From contig CM119264.1 of NCBI GenBank assembly GCA_051294375.1, forward strand, positions 17,496,278-17,560,277: a DNA stretch of 64,000 bases, given 5' to 3'. This document shows positions 52,201 to 64,000 of this stretch, in pieces (the stretch's first letter is position 1; every line of letters starts with the position of its first letter). A program made the position numbers and the translations under genes. Under the pieces are notes generated by a model. That model was not told the origin of the DNA and searched no databases. It worked only from the letters and a program-made list of their open reading frames with translations. This stretch comes from Paraspadella gotoi (lineage: Eukaryota; Animalia; Chaetognatha).

Positions 52201-55200
52201 TTTATAGAATCTCGAGTCTTTAAAGTGTACTACTCTGCCGAAGATTTCATTTCATGCTTGATCTTTTTAGAATCAGTCTAAAAAAGACTCTTTGGGAGTT
52301 TATTGTTGCCTGCTTTGATCTTTTAGAATTAGTCTTGTCACAAAGACTCTATGGGTTCACTGTTACGCGCTTGATCTTTTAGAGATTAGAGTCTTTAAAA
52401 AAAGACTTTTTGGTTTATTTTTATGTTTCGATCTTTTTTGAGAATTAGTCTTGAAAAAGACTTTTGGTTTTCGATCTTTTGAGAGTTTAGTCTGGGGAAA
52501 AAAAACTTTGTTAATTTTTTTTTTGAATGAGGAGCAGGAGAGTCAAAAACCTTTCGTCTCCAGGGTATGATCTTGGTTTTGATGTCTCTCCTTTTTCTTG
52601 GGCCTTTTTAAGGTTTTCTTTCCTCGCTTCGAAAAGGGGGAGAAGAGGAAGAGGAGAGGAAAAGGAGGATCAGTCTTTTGCAATATTATTTCTGAATGTC
52701 CATATGTTTTTGCTTCGAGTCAGTGAGTGGAGAACGTGAACGGATTTATAACTTTTTTGGGAACTCTCTCATCCCGTTTCGCCTCCTTGTTCATCGGCTC
52801 TGGAACTTCGTTGGGTAGCAGATATTGAGTGTGGAGAGAGAAGGATTGGAGCAAATGTTTCGTGTGGTTGTTCTCTGGCCTCCGTTTTCTCGTTTATTGT
52901 TGTCTTATAATTTTTTGTGTTATTGTTTTTTTATTGTTGTTGAGACATAGTCTAAATTCATATGTCGCGTCTTGGGCTACATGGCTTGACAGCCTGTGGC
53001 AGCTTAATCCTCTGCTATTGTGGAGAGTTTGGACGTCGCCTCCATCCCTCGTAATATCAGCCTTGGTCGCCCAATCGAGAAAAAGATAATGTTTCCGTCT
53101 CTTTTGCATGACTTCTGGAGGCCCAGAATAGATCCTTTTGACTTTGTTTGCAGCTTGGGGTTGTTCCGGTGACTCATCATTAAAATCCCGTTCTTCGCGA
53201 GGACCAGTCTCCATACTTTGATGTTCTGCGCTCTTTGTATGTTATTTCGTGCCGATTTCTGGTTTATAGCTTTGCTTCTCTGGTCCGCGGTAGTTGGTCA
53301 GTTTCTGAGCTTTCCTCTAATTTGACTTATCTCAGCCTCACAATTATTTCTGATGATCGATGCAAGTTTCTCTTGTCGTAGTCATCAGCATCGAGCATTT
53401 CGGACTCGATCTCTTGGTCCTTGAGCGCGAGAACTTGAATTTCAGTGGGCCTGACATTCCGTTATATCACATATTCTAGATATGAGAGTGGCAGTTATCG
53501 CCGTGTCAGAACATGATGCCCCATTAGCGGGCAGAACAATCATCTGATTTCCCAAATTTTCTTCGCTGATCCTTCCACTGCTTGTTAGTGCTTGGCAGTA
53601 TATCCCTATTCCGCTTTCAGCTCCTGGCTTGCTTTCCTTATTGTTCCTACCTATGAACTGCGCCTCCCCTCGATGGAATACGAGTATATGTTTCTCGAGA
53701 AGTCGATTCCATGGTCATTTTCACATTTCAGTTTGATGTAGCGTCCAATCTGGATACATTCTTATTCTCTATGTAGCGAGTCCATGACTAGAAAAAATGT
53801 TTTCGTCTAATGCTTTCACTTACTGTTTTCTGCATTCCGTGCTCGTGCGAAAGTAGGGGATACTCCCAATCAGTATAGACGTTGCGTATTCCATGCGATT
53901 ATCTGAGCGAGACTACAAGAGAGATAATAAATATAAAAGCGCAGTGGCTCTTGGTATTATCCGGCATATTCATTTATGCGTCCAAATCTTAGTGACTCCC
54001 AGGGTGCGATCTGGCTATTTCAACGGATTATTAGTCGGATGTGTAATCGATCCGTGGTTATTTATGTGTTTTTTGTTCAACGCATAAACTCATTTGTAAC
54101 TCCAGTTGTCAATTTGAAAAACATTTCAGCCCTCCGCTCCTATTCAGACATTCCCATTGACGCGCATATTTGCTGACTAGACTTGTTTGATCCGTCCCAG
54201 ACCTGCGAGAATTGATATTGCGGAACCGACGGTGCTGAAATGAGACCCGCAGCCTGCCGGTTCTGCGGACCTGGCGTGAACCGAAGGATGTTTGTGTTAT
54301 TTTTCTTTTTATTTATTCTTTCTATACATGACCAATTGTTTGGTAGGGACGGACGTGACACTTCTATCGTTTCGGCTTTTGTGTTTCTTGTAAGCCTATG
54401 GTCACCTATATTGTAAAGATATGCCATGATCATAAATATAGTCAAAATCGAGAGACTATTTGTCATATGTATCCTTTTCGCCCGTGAAGTGTTTTTCCCC
54501 TTCTCCATTTATTTTGAATTGAAAAATCCTCTCTGCGTTTTGTCGGTCTTGTTTGCTGCAGAGCTTCTATACGATTCGAAAGAGCTCATTTTCTCCTTGC
54601 CAATTTTGATGGTGGATGCCATGGGGAGAAATTTTTGCTTTTTTGTGTGTGCTTTGCTCGTGATTCTTTCTGCCACTATTGTCTCGGTTATGTCGACGTC
54701 GGCCTCTAAAAGTTAGTGAGTCGAATCATAAGTGTTCTTCTATTTTTGGGCTTCCTGGCCATTGTTGTTCTTTATTATTTCTATCGCTGTCTCTTTCACT
54801 ATGGTTTTAGTTCTCGTCTTGCGTATTCTTTTCTCTTTCAATTTCGATATTAATTAAGTCTCCTCCGAGGCCTGGAGACTGATCGGACCCTCCCTCGAAT
54901 TATCCCGCCAGTAGTTTGAACGTCTGGGTCTCCGCCGTCTCTCTGGGTGGTCGAAGTCTGATACTTTGATTGTTTTGATATCGGGTACGATCGTCCGGTG
55001 GGTGTAGGGGCGGTGGGACCGCATCGCTGATTTAGCTACTGTCCCTGTTATGGTGTCGAAGATATTTTGCCATCCTACTACTGGCCCCATTTGATTTCCA
55101 TAAAACCTTTCCCTCCTCGGTATTTACAGCCGTTTGCTGTGTGGTTCCTCTTTCCATTAGTTTATGATGGTTTGGCCTCTCCGACCATTCACTAAGGAGT

Positions 55201-57075
55201 TCCAAGCTCTGGGTGACCCACGGATCCAAATCTTTTGCGAGATGGTTCAGATGAAGGTGTCTGCATCGTTTTTTTGGTTTACCATATAGTTTTCGATGTT
55301 TGACTTCCTTTCTGTGAATTTTTGTTTGCGAAGACAAACTCAAAGAATCTCGATCTGTAATAATTTAATTGTCTTCTTGAGAGAAATTAGAAGATTGACA
55401 TGAGGAAGTGGAGTGATATGACGCAATGTCCGAGTTGATATAAGTTCGAGAATTGTTCTGGCGTATGTTGTTCCTCGATTTGGGTTTTTCTCAGCAAAAG
55501 GCAAAATCTCATGTCTCATGAATTTCCTTCTTACATCGAAAGCCGAGCTGGAAGAATGGAGTGTTCCACTCTCAGCGGAGTCACCTCCCCTGCTTCCGTA
55601 AGAAAAATTCGTAGTGAAGAAGAAGAATACTACACTTGAGGGTTTAATACATCACTCTTTACAAGTATGCACCTCCTTTGGTTGTGCATTCTTCGGCGGA
55701 TTTCGGTAATCACCGGAGGACATTTGTGGGGGAGCATTTGTTGCTTGTCAGGTTGCATATCCACTCACTCTTTTGAAGTAGTTGGGAATCATTGACCAGC
55801 TTACCCTTCTACCGCATGATAACCCTTGAAATCTTCTGGACCATCATATGAAGCCAGAGTTTCGAGTACGTTATGTGTATTTACCTGGTACTCTCTGGGG
55901 AGATGATTTTTGAATGGAAATTGTAAAGGATATTCCACGCCGTCAAAGCTGTCGCAAGGTGATGAAGTCCGCCATTGCACTGGTGCTGGCGGTCGGCAAT
56001 AAATCCTGTTTAGGTTTCCATTCTTATTCTGGGCGTCGTTTAGGAAATTAAGTCCAGGGGAGCTTTTGATTTCATTTATTAGCGATTTGAATATATCAAT
56101 GGGTGATATTTTTTGGGCGCTTAGTTATTTTGAAACTCCTTTTATCAAGCAGTGTGAGGGCATGGAGAGGTGGGCATGTAAGAGAATCTATCGTTATGAA
56201 GCATTCAAATATGAGAGTGACCGGATTGCAAGCATAGTCTCTCAGTTCTTATAAGAGAGAGTTAAAAATTGAGCGATATATATAGGAACTTCGACACTCA
56301 ACTGCTTTCGTGTCTTCTCCTTTTGCGGGCGATGAGCTGTGTGCTACTCTCGGAGATGCTGAAGCGAGGATATGATATCCTCTTTGCGAAGCAGCACGCT
56401 TTTCGTCCATTTCGGAGCAATGACGCGTGTTTCGTCTCTGCATCTCTGAGTAGCACGAAGTCTCTGAGCCATATCCGTCACCTCTAACGAATTCCTGAAA
56501 AATCCAGGGCTTTCCTTCCCCCTCAACAATGTAGTGCGCGATTCGTGCGTCGGTCAAAGATGGGTCGTCGACGCACTATACTAGGAAGCTTTTTGATGTC
56601 ATGCCTCCCCTAAATACTGTTGTATAAATCTCGTTGACATAACGCAGAAATAGCTGTGGTAGAGTATACTTAAACACTGTGTGGTATTAACTCCCATTCG
56701 GATAGTTTTTATCATCCACTCATATATCTCTCGCCGGCCACACGCGAAGGTTTATAATGTTACCGTGCTCTTGCGATCTATCAGATAATTTAACTTGGTG
56801 AATAGCAGGCAAGGATGTCTACAGAGCATGTATTCGTGTAGAGATTTATACTGCTCGAGGATTATCGACGCGGTGAATATGTTAGAGCCGGTGCATAGGT
56901 AGAGATACTTGTTATTTACTGCCGAAGTCACAATGAGTCTCATTGTTTGGCAAATGTCTCATCATTCATCTCGTTCTTGGCCTTTCGGCTATTGTGTCCA
57001 GGTTTTTTTATCAGAAAATGCGTTGAGTAAGCTTCGTTTTGGTTCTGAGACAATGCCTGCTTTTTCGGGTTTCCG
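49250..57075 (-). mobile_element. Ty3/Gypsy-type retrotransposon fragment (RT-RH-IN at ~57000-54900, no gag/PR seen) plus ~5 kb of unassigned downstream sequence; very noisy
   Basis: Minus-strand motifs in Gypsy order: GSNIFT (~56890), TFACGRREIYEW..MG (~56750-56690), SFLV*CVDD (YxDD-like, ~56590-56563), PLHALT (~56165), IFKSLINEIKSSPGLNF (56100-56041), CDSFDGV..LQ (RNase H DAS..G-like, ~55970), DVR...C..C-like (~55535), ELLS[D]NG-like (~55195), SNGA..RM..TITGTVAK (~55095-55030). The block lacks the microsatellites typical of host DNA. Confidence 0.72.
52100..52500. repeat. Degenerate ~55-60 bp tandem array inside the Gypsy-associated block
   Basis: Recurring aagactctatgggttta...ttgatctttttagaat.agtct, roughly 6-7 decaying units. 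Confidence 0.7.
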
Positions 57076-57649
57076 AAGGGGAAAGAGCGTCGCCTGGGTG
57101 GTTGACGGTTGAGGAGCGGAGGGTCGACGGGGTTTCACTCCGACGTCCGGGTCGACGAAGTCGATGATGAGAGTGAGAGGGAGAGCGAGTGGAAGCGACA
57201 GAGTTGGTGGCGAAAAAGCTAGACGTCTCTGCCAAAAGCAGGCGAAGTTTTTTTTTCTTTTGACCATGTTTGGAAGTTGATCTGTCAAAGCCGTTCATTC
57301 CGTTCAGTTTGGACTTAAGTGCCAGTTATACGAGGAAACCAAGAATCTCGCAGTCGCTAATGCAATTCCCTGCCTCAATAAAAGAACTTGGACAAAATCG
57401 GGGAAAAAAACGAAGCCTGTGACTTATATGCACCTTAAGTGGCGCGAGAACTTTAAAAAAAGTAGGAAAGACGAGAGATTCGCGCGTCGAAGCATAAAAA
57501 ACGAGAAGCGGATTGACAATTCGGAGAAACGACGGCGTTTCAGTTGCCGTTGGAGGGCGAAGGGTCGCGGAGGTGGAATGTGTTAAGGGGCGGGTGGATG
57601 GGTGGGTGGAGGAAGGAGGCATCGATTTAAAGTCGCTTGGAGATGTGAT

Positions 57650-57728
<79 letters not shown>

Positions 57729-59288
57729 GGGTGATGGAGAGAAGGTGGAAAAAAGTTAATCTGGGTTTGACAGTTGAAAGAGACTCTGAATCAAGGAGAT
57801 GGGGAGAAGGGTGTCAGGGTGAATGTTTTTACTGGCTAGAGCCGACTGAGCCATCAACCACGTCGTGGGCGAAAGTTGCGTGATGCTCATTTCTCCGGAA
57901 ATCGGGGGGAAAAAAGAGGAAGTTTTTAGGTTTTTAAATGCGCATCGGAATTGAATATCGGAAAGTTGAAAATTGGAAGCAACCCCAAGCGGCGGCTGAG
58001 AACGCTCTCGCCGCAGAAGCCGCCGAAAAAATTTATACCGTTTTCCGTTAAGGCCAGGGATCACTCAACCTAAAATTGTACGGAAATCTTAATTTACTGT
58101 ATCTTAATCAATTTTCTCATATCCTGTAAGAGGTTTTCTATTAAAAATTATTCGAAAACTTTAAAAATCTACCTAAAATGTTCATAAAAATTTAAACAAA
58201 ATTTTTTTTCTTCGGTAAACTAGATTTTCAAGAGAAAAAATATTTTTTTATATGTAAGCTAAATTTCTACAACTAAATTTTTAACTTAAACTGATTCTTT
58301 ACAGTAAGCTTAATTTTCTACTTCTTATATTTAATTCTTCCTTTGTACAAGTACATACATGGGGTTGTATCACTAATAAGTCTTAAAACAAAACTATCTC
58401 TTCACATTTTCCAGACGGTTTTTTATACTTTCATGAGTTTTATGAGTTAAAAAACTTATCAAATTTATTTCAATTTGACTTTTTACTTTATGTAAATGTT
58501 TAATGAGTTTAATGAGTACAGAATTTAACTTTCTGACAAAGTGAAGTTAAAAACGAAGAGTTGCAGCTCAAACCGTTGGACTCTTCTTGAAGAAAAAAAA
58601 TATCTTGGGCAAGAAAGGAAAGGTGGGGGAGATTCTATGAGCGCGTGTTTTTGAAAAAATGTTTTTCGTTTCAAAGATATCAAGGAATTAATCCCAAAAA
58701 TTGATTAAAATAATCAAATTTTATATGAAGGAAGGCAAATTTTGAAAATTTATCTTTCATAGAATTGGAGTTAGTGACCTAAAAGTAATTCATGCCAAAT
58801 TTTATGAGAAACCGCCTTACCGTTTGGGCTGCAAACTCTTTAAATTAAGGTTTCTTTTATTTATATAGTACAAAAAAAAATCAAAAAAACGATGACGCCT
58901 TTGAAACAATAGTTAAAGTGAATACAATTTCGGAATCGTCAGGAGCCTCTCCTTCGAATCCCGAGCTCGGTTTTAGGCTTAATATATAATATTGAATTGA
59001 GTGATCCCGGACCTTAAAAGAAAAAAAAATAACGTTTTATGGATTTTTTTTTTCCTTCGGAGTTCTTTTATGATATTTACTACTTTACGTCTCGGCTTAC
59101 TAAGAAGTCTCCGAGCTCTTGCATCGGAATATTTGGACGATTTTCGATGGCGAAAAGATTTATTTCACTCTGCGCTCTTTCTACCTCCTTTACCATCTTT
59201 CACCGCGGTGCAATGGTCTCACCTCACCACGCCTTACCCAACTAGACCGACCATCACCACCCTCCTTTCCCCGTTAGATCGTGCTCAC

Positions 59289-59494
59289 CTGCAGAGGCAC
59301 ATGCGGAATTGACTCGAGCGTGCAAGTGACATTGACCCAGAAACTGCTCTCGCGCCGAATGTAAATATCCAGGGGACAATGGACCCGGGGGCCGTAGAAG
59401 AAAAACACGTGGATGTTTTTTCGGCGGATGNNNNNNNNNNNNNNNNNNNNNNNNNCTGGGTTATATTCAGTGGAGTTTCGTTCGAGGATCCACG
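59289..59494 (-). CDS. IgSF gene exon: end of one Ig domain and A/B strands of the next (spans a 25-N gap)
   Basis: Acceptor catctcgcag|CGT, donor CTG CAG|gtgagc (phase 0). Reads RGSSNETPLNITQ[gap]IRRKNIHVFFFYGPRVHCPLDIYIRRESSFWVNVTCTLESIPHVPLQ. This matches the V-x-Y-x-P...V-x-C-x-x-x-S-x-P Ig linker/B-strand pattern. Confidence 0.75.
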
Positions 59495-61331
59495 CTGCGA
59501 GATGAGAGGTGATACGAGATCACAGGGCGACGCGCGAGCCAAAAAAAATAATTCACGGCCGGCAGAGGAGAACGTGAAAAACAGGTGTAACTGTGAAAGT
59601 TACAACGAAAGGACGGCTTTTTCCTGACCACCGTTTCTTGCCCTCTAAAAAAATATGTGAAAGAAAAAGTGATTTGTTTTTGATATTGATGTTGAAGAGA
59701 GTTTTCCGTGAGCGGCGAGATGTGGATAAATAATAGAATTTTTGGATCAATAAGTAAGGCGTATTTTGAATCGAGGCGAGAGAATAGGAAAATCGTTACG
59801 TGGGACCAAAAGATTGTGGGTGGATACAAGCCGCTCGAATGCAAAGACGAAAAATTTAAGTGACCATGATGGAGAATTTTGTTTCATGAGCTGAAACGCT
59901 CGCTTTAGCGCGAAGGACGAGATTAAGACGACACATACTTTAATATCGGGTTTGGCAGGGAAATTTTTTATGCCGAGCCAACATCGATGATTTTATCACT
60001 ATGAAAATGAACTTTATTATGTCGGCGGCTTCTCTCTGGAGGAAGACGCGGAGACGCCAGGCGTCACTCCAATCTTAAAAGGGTCGTAGAATGTATCCCT
60101 CACGTAGACTCCAGGGCCACTGATGCTGCAAGTGCGCCTCCTTGATCAGCAGCACGTGTTAATTTAAAGTATCCTAGCAAGCGAACGACGTTGTTTTCAA
60201 AATATTGTGCAATTCTCCCTTTCTTCTCAATTCTCAGCCTTTGTGTCCCTTTTGTGATGTCCGTGTTAAACAACTCAACAATATTTTCTGGGAAGTTTAC
60301 GTGAAAACATTTTAGATAGTTAAAGGCTGCGTCGATTGATAAAAAGCGTCAAAGGCAGTGATTTATCGAGGAATTCAGAAAAAAAACCATCTTTTTGCAA
60401 TATTGCTAGAATATTACCTTCAAAATTGTATTAATTTTGAATCCTAAGACCAAAAGTGGCTCGATTACGAATTAATTGAAATCATCGCTGCCAATTTTCT
60501 TTACAAGAAATACAATATCATTTTTGCTAACTTTAATAAAAAAAATTATGTCCATTTTGTCCATTTTCACTTTTGTCTTGAGATTTGGAATGCCAAGATT
60601 CATTGAAGGAAAAATTTTTTACTCCGGCTTTCGGGTCCTTCTTATCTTCTTTACCTCTGAGTTGGTTCATTTTCAGTTGGTCATTTATTGTTTACCTAAT
60701 GAATTAATTTTAAATTGACTGTCGTCAAAAACTTACATTTTTTACATTTATTACAATTTGTTAAATAAAAATACTTCAAAATGTTCACAAATTCTAATAA
60801 AATATTCCCTATGAACGGTCTTCTGGTACCTAAAAAAATTAGGGCAAAAATAATTTAATACTTTTGCTGCAAAAAAATTTTTAGCATGAACTTTTAATTT
60901 GTTGAGGATTTTGTGAGGTGCGTTTTTATTTGAACTAAAACACGGTTTTTAACTCATTTTATAGTTTTAACAGATGATAAACATACTAAGGTTGACAAAT
61001 TAAAAAAAAACCGCCTTCTTTTATTGAAAGGGAAAGCCGTCAGCAAATTAATTTCTCTCAATCGACAGCTTTTTGCGGAAAAAATTTCCGCAAAAATCTT
61101 GTCGATTTTTTTTAATCTGTGCTGTTGGCAACCAAACTTTGAATAAAAATCATACGCTACCGAAGTTTTCGCGAAATAAAATTAAGAAGAGAAAAAATTT
61201 ATTTTTGTTTACAAACAACGACTTTTATTTTTTTTGAAACGGACATGTTCGATTCTTTTTTGAGTCTTCTTCAGCACAGTGTGAATTTTATTAAGAAATT
61301 TTTTCAAACATTATGATGAAAGAGGAGAGAG

Positions 61332-61368
<37 letters not shown>

Positions 61369-62521
61369 GAGAGAGACAGAGAGAGCGGTACCACCAAAGA
61401 ATTGAGTATTGAAGTATTGAAGTGAGGACAGCTGAAGGACTAGAAAGTGTTACTGACTATTGTCGAAATAAATAGAAAATTTTTAACGAGCTTATTATGG
61501 GGGCGGTGAGCATCATAAATACTTAACCACAGAAGGAGAAAGAGAGATGTCAGAGCAAAATGTTTGAAAAAGAAAAGAAATTTATGAAAAGAAATGAAAA
61601 ACAAGACAAAAAGTTTCATAAACCATAGATTGTGCCGATTTTTTGCCTAAGTAAGTAAGTATATCTAAATAACGCAAACAGTTTTCACGAGCTTATTTAT
61701 CTTTAGTTGTTTTCTTGACCATGAAAAATCGTTTTTAGTTCTTCTTAATTAAGGCTGCAATTACCGTAATTGGAATGATTGACGTTGAAAAGAAATAATG
61801 TCTTTACCGTTATTTGAAAGCAATTTAGAATTTACCCAGTGAGTTTATGTATAAGGGGAAAATTAAATATCGAGTGTTCTCTATTATTTTATTAGTTGGG
61901 AAAAAAAGAATTAATAGTTATTTAAGTTCCAATTTCATTATTGAAAATACCTCAAAGCAAAATCACTGCCAAGATTAAAAGTGGCTTTTGAAAAAAACCA
62001 AAAGCTTTTTATCAATAATGTTCTAATTCTCACATTATAAAAATTCAAGCCCTTGCCTTCAGAGCGTAATCAACTCGATGTTTATCGCTTCAACGTCACT
62101 TTTTTCATTTTAATACCTTTCGCCTCGCGTGTTTCAAGCAAATATCGATTTTTTATTTTATTTTCTCGACTCAAGCCGATATTACTGCGATGGCGCTTAA
62201 GGCTTCATTGGCACAAAAACTTCAGTGGAGTACAACGTCAGTGGCCGTAGAACCAAAAAAAACGTTGTCTTAAGAATGAAATAGAGTCGTAGAGAAAGAA
62301 AGGAGCTTCAAAGTTATCACTAGATTCACGCGACCCGCCGACACTTTGTCCAGAGACCTCACTCACGGTTTTACGCCCAGTCGCCCACCCTCCCCTTCTT
62401 CAAGATCTGCTTCCCAACTCGACTCTTCACCTTCTCACTGTTTCAGTCATGTTGTCATTTGATTAATTCTCACACTCGACGTTAAAAAACTGTCGATCCT
62501 TAAGCCCTTAGCTCTCTCTCT

Positions 62522-62559
<38 letters not shown>

Positions 62560-62989
62560 CGTCTCTCTCTCTCTCTCGTCTCCCTCTTCTCCCTGCTCCC
62601 CCTCTCTCCCTCTCTCTCTTTTTTTTTTCTCTTCTTCAAGTAAAGGTCGATTTTTATTATGATTAAACTATCTTTTTTTTAAAAAACGACAAATGACACG
62701 ATCCATGGTTTTGGCGTCATCTTGTGTCATTCCGGCGTCAATTTTTGTTCTTTTCCAAATTTTACTTCGTTTCATTTCTTCTTGATAAAGAAATTTTATA
62801 AATTTTGCACCAATTAGTTTTTTAAAACAGTTAAAAAAGTGAGTTAAAATAAATTATTTGAATATTTTTTTAAAATAGTTATTAGGTTCCCACACAAAAG
62901 TCGAATGTATCGCTAGAAATAAATTCAATACATAAGCGTTTGCATTGACTCCGCAGGATTCTCCCCAAGCCTCTCGTTGCTCGTCACAC

Positions 62990-63226
62990 CTGCACCGATT
63001 CACACCTTCACTTCATTGTTCCGGGTTTTCAGACGTCGGAAGAGTGAAAAATGCGTCTTGGAAGCGTCATTAAGGGGGAAAGAGCGTCGCCTGGGTGGTT
63101 GACGGTTTGAGGAGCGGAGGGTCGACGGGGTTTCACTCCGACGTCCGGGTCGACGAAGTCGATGATGAGAGTGAGAGGAAGCGAGTGGAAGCGACAGAGT
63201 TTTGGTGGCGAAAAAGCTAGACGTCT
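62990..63226 (-). CDS. IgSF gene, most upstream exon seen (C-terminal part of an Ig-like domain; contains indel errors)
   Basis: Acceptor cttcgcctgcttttggcag|AGA, donor GTG CAG|gtgtga. Consensus of the repeated copies reads RRLAFSPPTLSLPLALPLTLIIDFVDPDVGVKPRRPSAPQPSTTQATLFPLNDASKTHFSLFRRLK..HNEV..CESVQ. Frameshifts must be bridged, and the donor is weak. Confidence 0.5.
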
Positions 63227-63688
63227 CTGCCAAAAGCAGGCGAAGTTTTTTTTTCTTTTGACCATGTTTGGAAGTTGATCTGTCAAAGCCGTTCATTCCG
63301 TTCAGTTGGACTTAAGTGCCAGTTATACGAGGAAACCAAGAATCTCGCAGGTCGCTAATGCAATTCCCTGCCTCAAATAAAAGAACTTGGACAAAATCGG
63401 GGAAAAAAAACGAAGCCTGTGACTTATATGCACCTTAAGTGGCGCGAGAACTTTAAAAAAAGTAGGAAAGACGAGAATTCGCGCGTCGAAGCATAAAAAA
63501 CGAGAGAAGCGGATTGACAATTCGGAGAAACGACGGCGTTTCAGTTGCCGTTGGAGGGGCGAAGGGTCGCGGAGGTTGGAATGTGTTAAGGGGCGGGTGG
63601 ATGGGTGGGTGGAGGAAGGAGGCATCGAATTTAAAGTCGCTTGGAGATGTGATAGAGATAGAGAGAGAGATAGAGATAGACGAGAGAG

Positions 63689-63741
<53 letters not shown>

Positions 63742-64000
63742 TTTAGGGTGAGTAGAGAAGGTGGAAAAAAGTTAATCTGGGTTTGACAGTTGAAAGAGAC
63801 TCTGAATCAAGGAGATGGGAGAAGGGTGTCAGGGTGAATGTTTTTACTGGCTAGAGCCGACTGAGCCATCAACCACGTCGTGGGCGAAAGTTGCGTGATG
63901 CTCATTTCTTCCGGAAATCGGGGGGAAAAAAGAGGAAGTTTTTAGGGTTTTTAAATGCGGCATCGGAATTGAATATCGGAAAGTTGAAAATTGGAAGCAA

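Larger units (their letters stand above)
41701..64000. repeat. ~6.0-kb tandem unit, about 3 partial copies (A-B-[Gypsy]-B-A-B)
   Basis: Segment A: 41701-~47320 matches 59456-~63075. Segment B: ~47320-49250 matches ~57078-58865 and ~63075-64000. The offset 57078 to 63075 is about 6.0 kb. Copies differ mainly by single-base indels. Confidence 0.9.

Noticed and set aside
52100-52500. CRISPR-like array
   Set aside because: Eukaryotic context, the units are degenerate tandem copies without unique spacers, and there are no cas genes.
47320-58865. 1.8-kb direct repeats flanking the Gypsy pol read as LTRs
   Set aside because: They contain a host exon, recur a third time at 63075 next to segment A, show no TG...CA/PBS/PPT, and leave no room for gag/PR.

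Overview
Eukaryotic (probably metazoan), AT-rich DNA full of (AG)n, (AAAG)n and (ACG)n microsatellites. It comes from an error-prone, gap-filled assembly with many single-base indels and N gaps. Almost all ORFs in the supplied track are microsatellite artefacts. Reading splice sites by hand gives a minus-strand, multi-exon gene spanning about 10.7-63.2 kb. It encodes a single-pass immunoglobulin-superfamily membrane protein (Ig strands, TM helix, Ser/Thr-rich tail). One ~36.5-kb intron holds a BEL/Pao LTR retrotransposon (~27.9-35.8 kb), a heavily garbled Ty3/Gypsy pol with ~5 kb of unexplained downstream sequence (~49.3-57.1 kb), and extra copies of a ~6-kb tandem unit. That unit carries two phase-0 Ig exons of the same gene, so it is either a real in-frame Ig-module expansion or assembly redundancy. 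Small elements include a Tc1/mariner-type MITE, a tRNA-derived SINE and a Penelope-type minimal hammerhead motif. All calls come from manual reading; no database searches were run.
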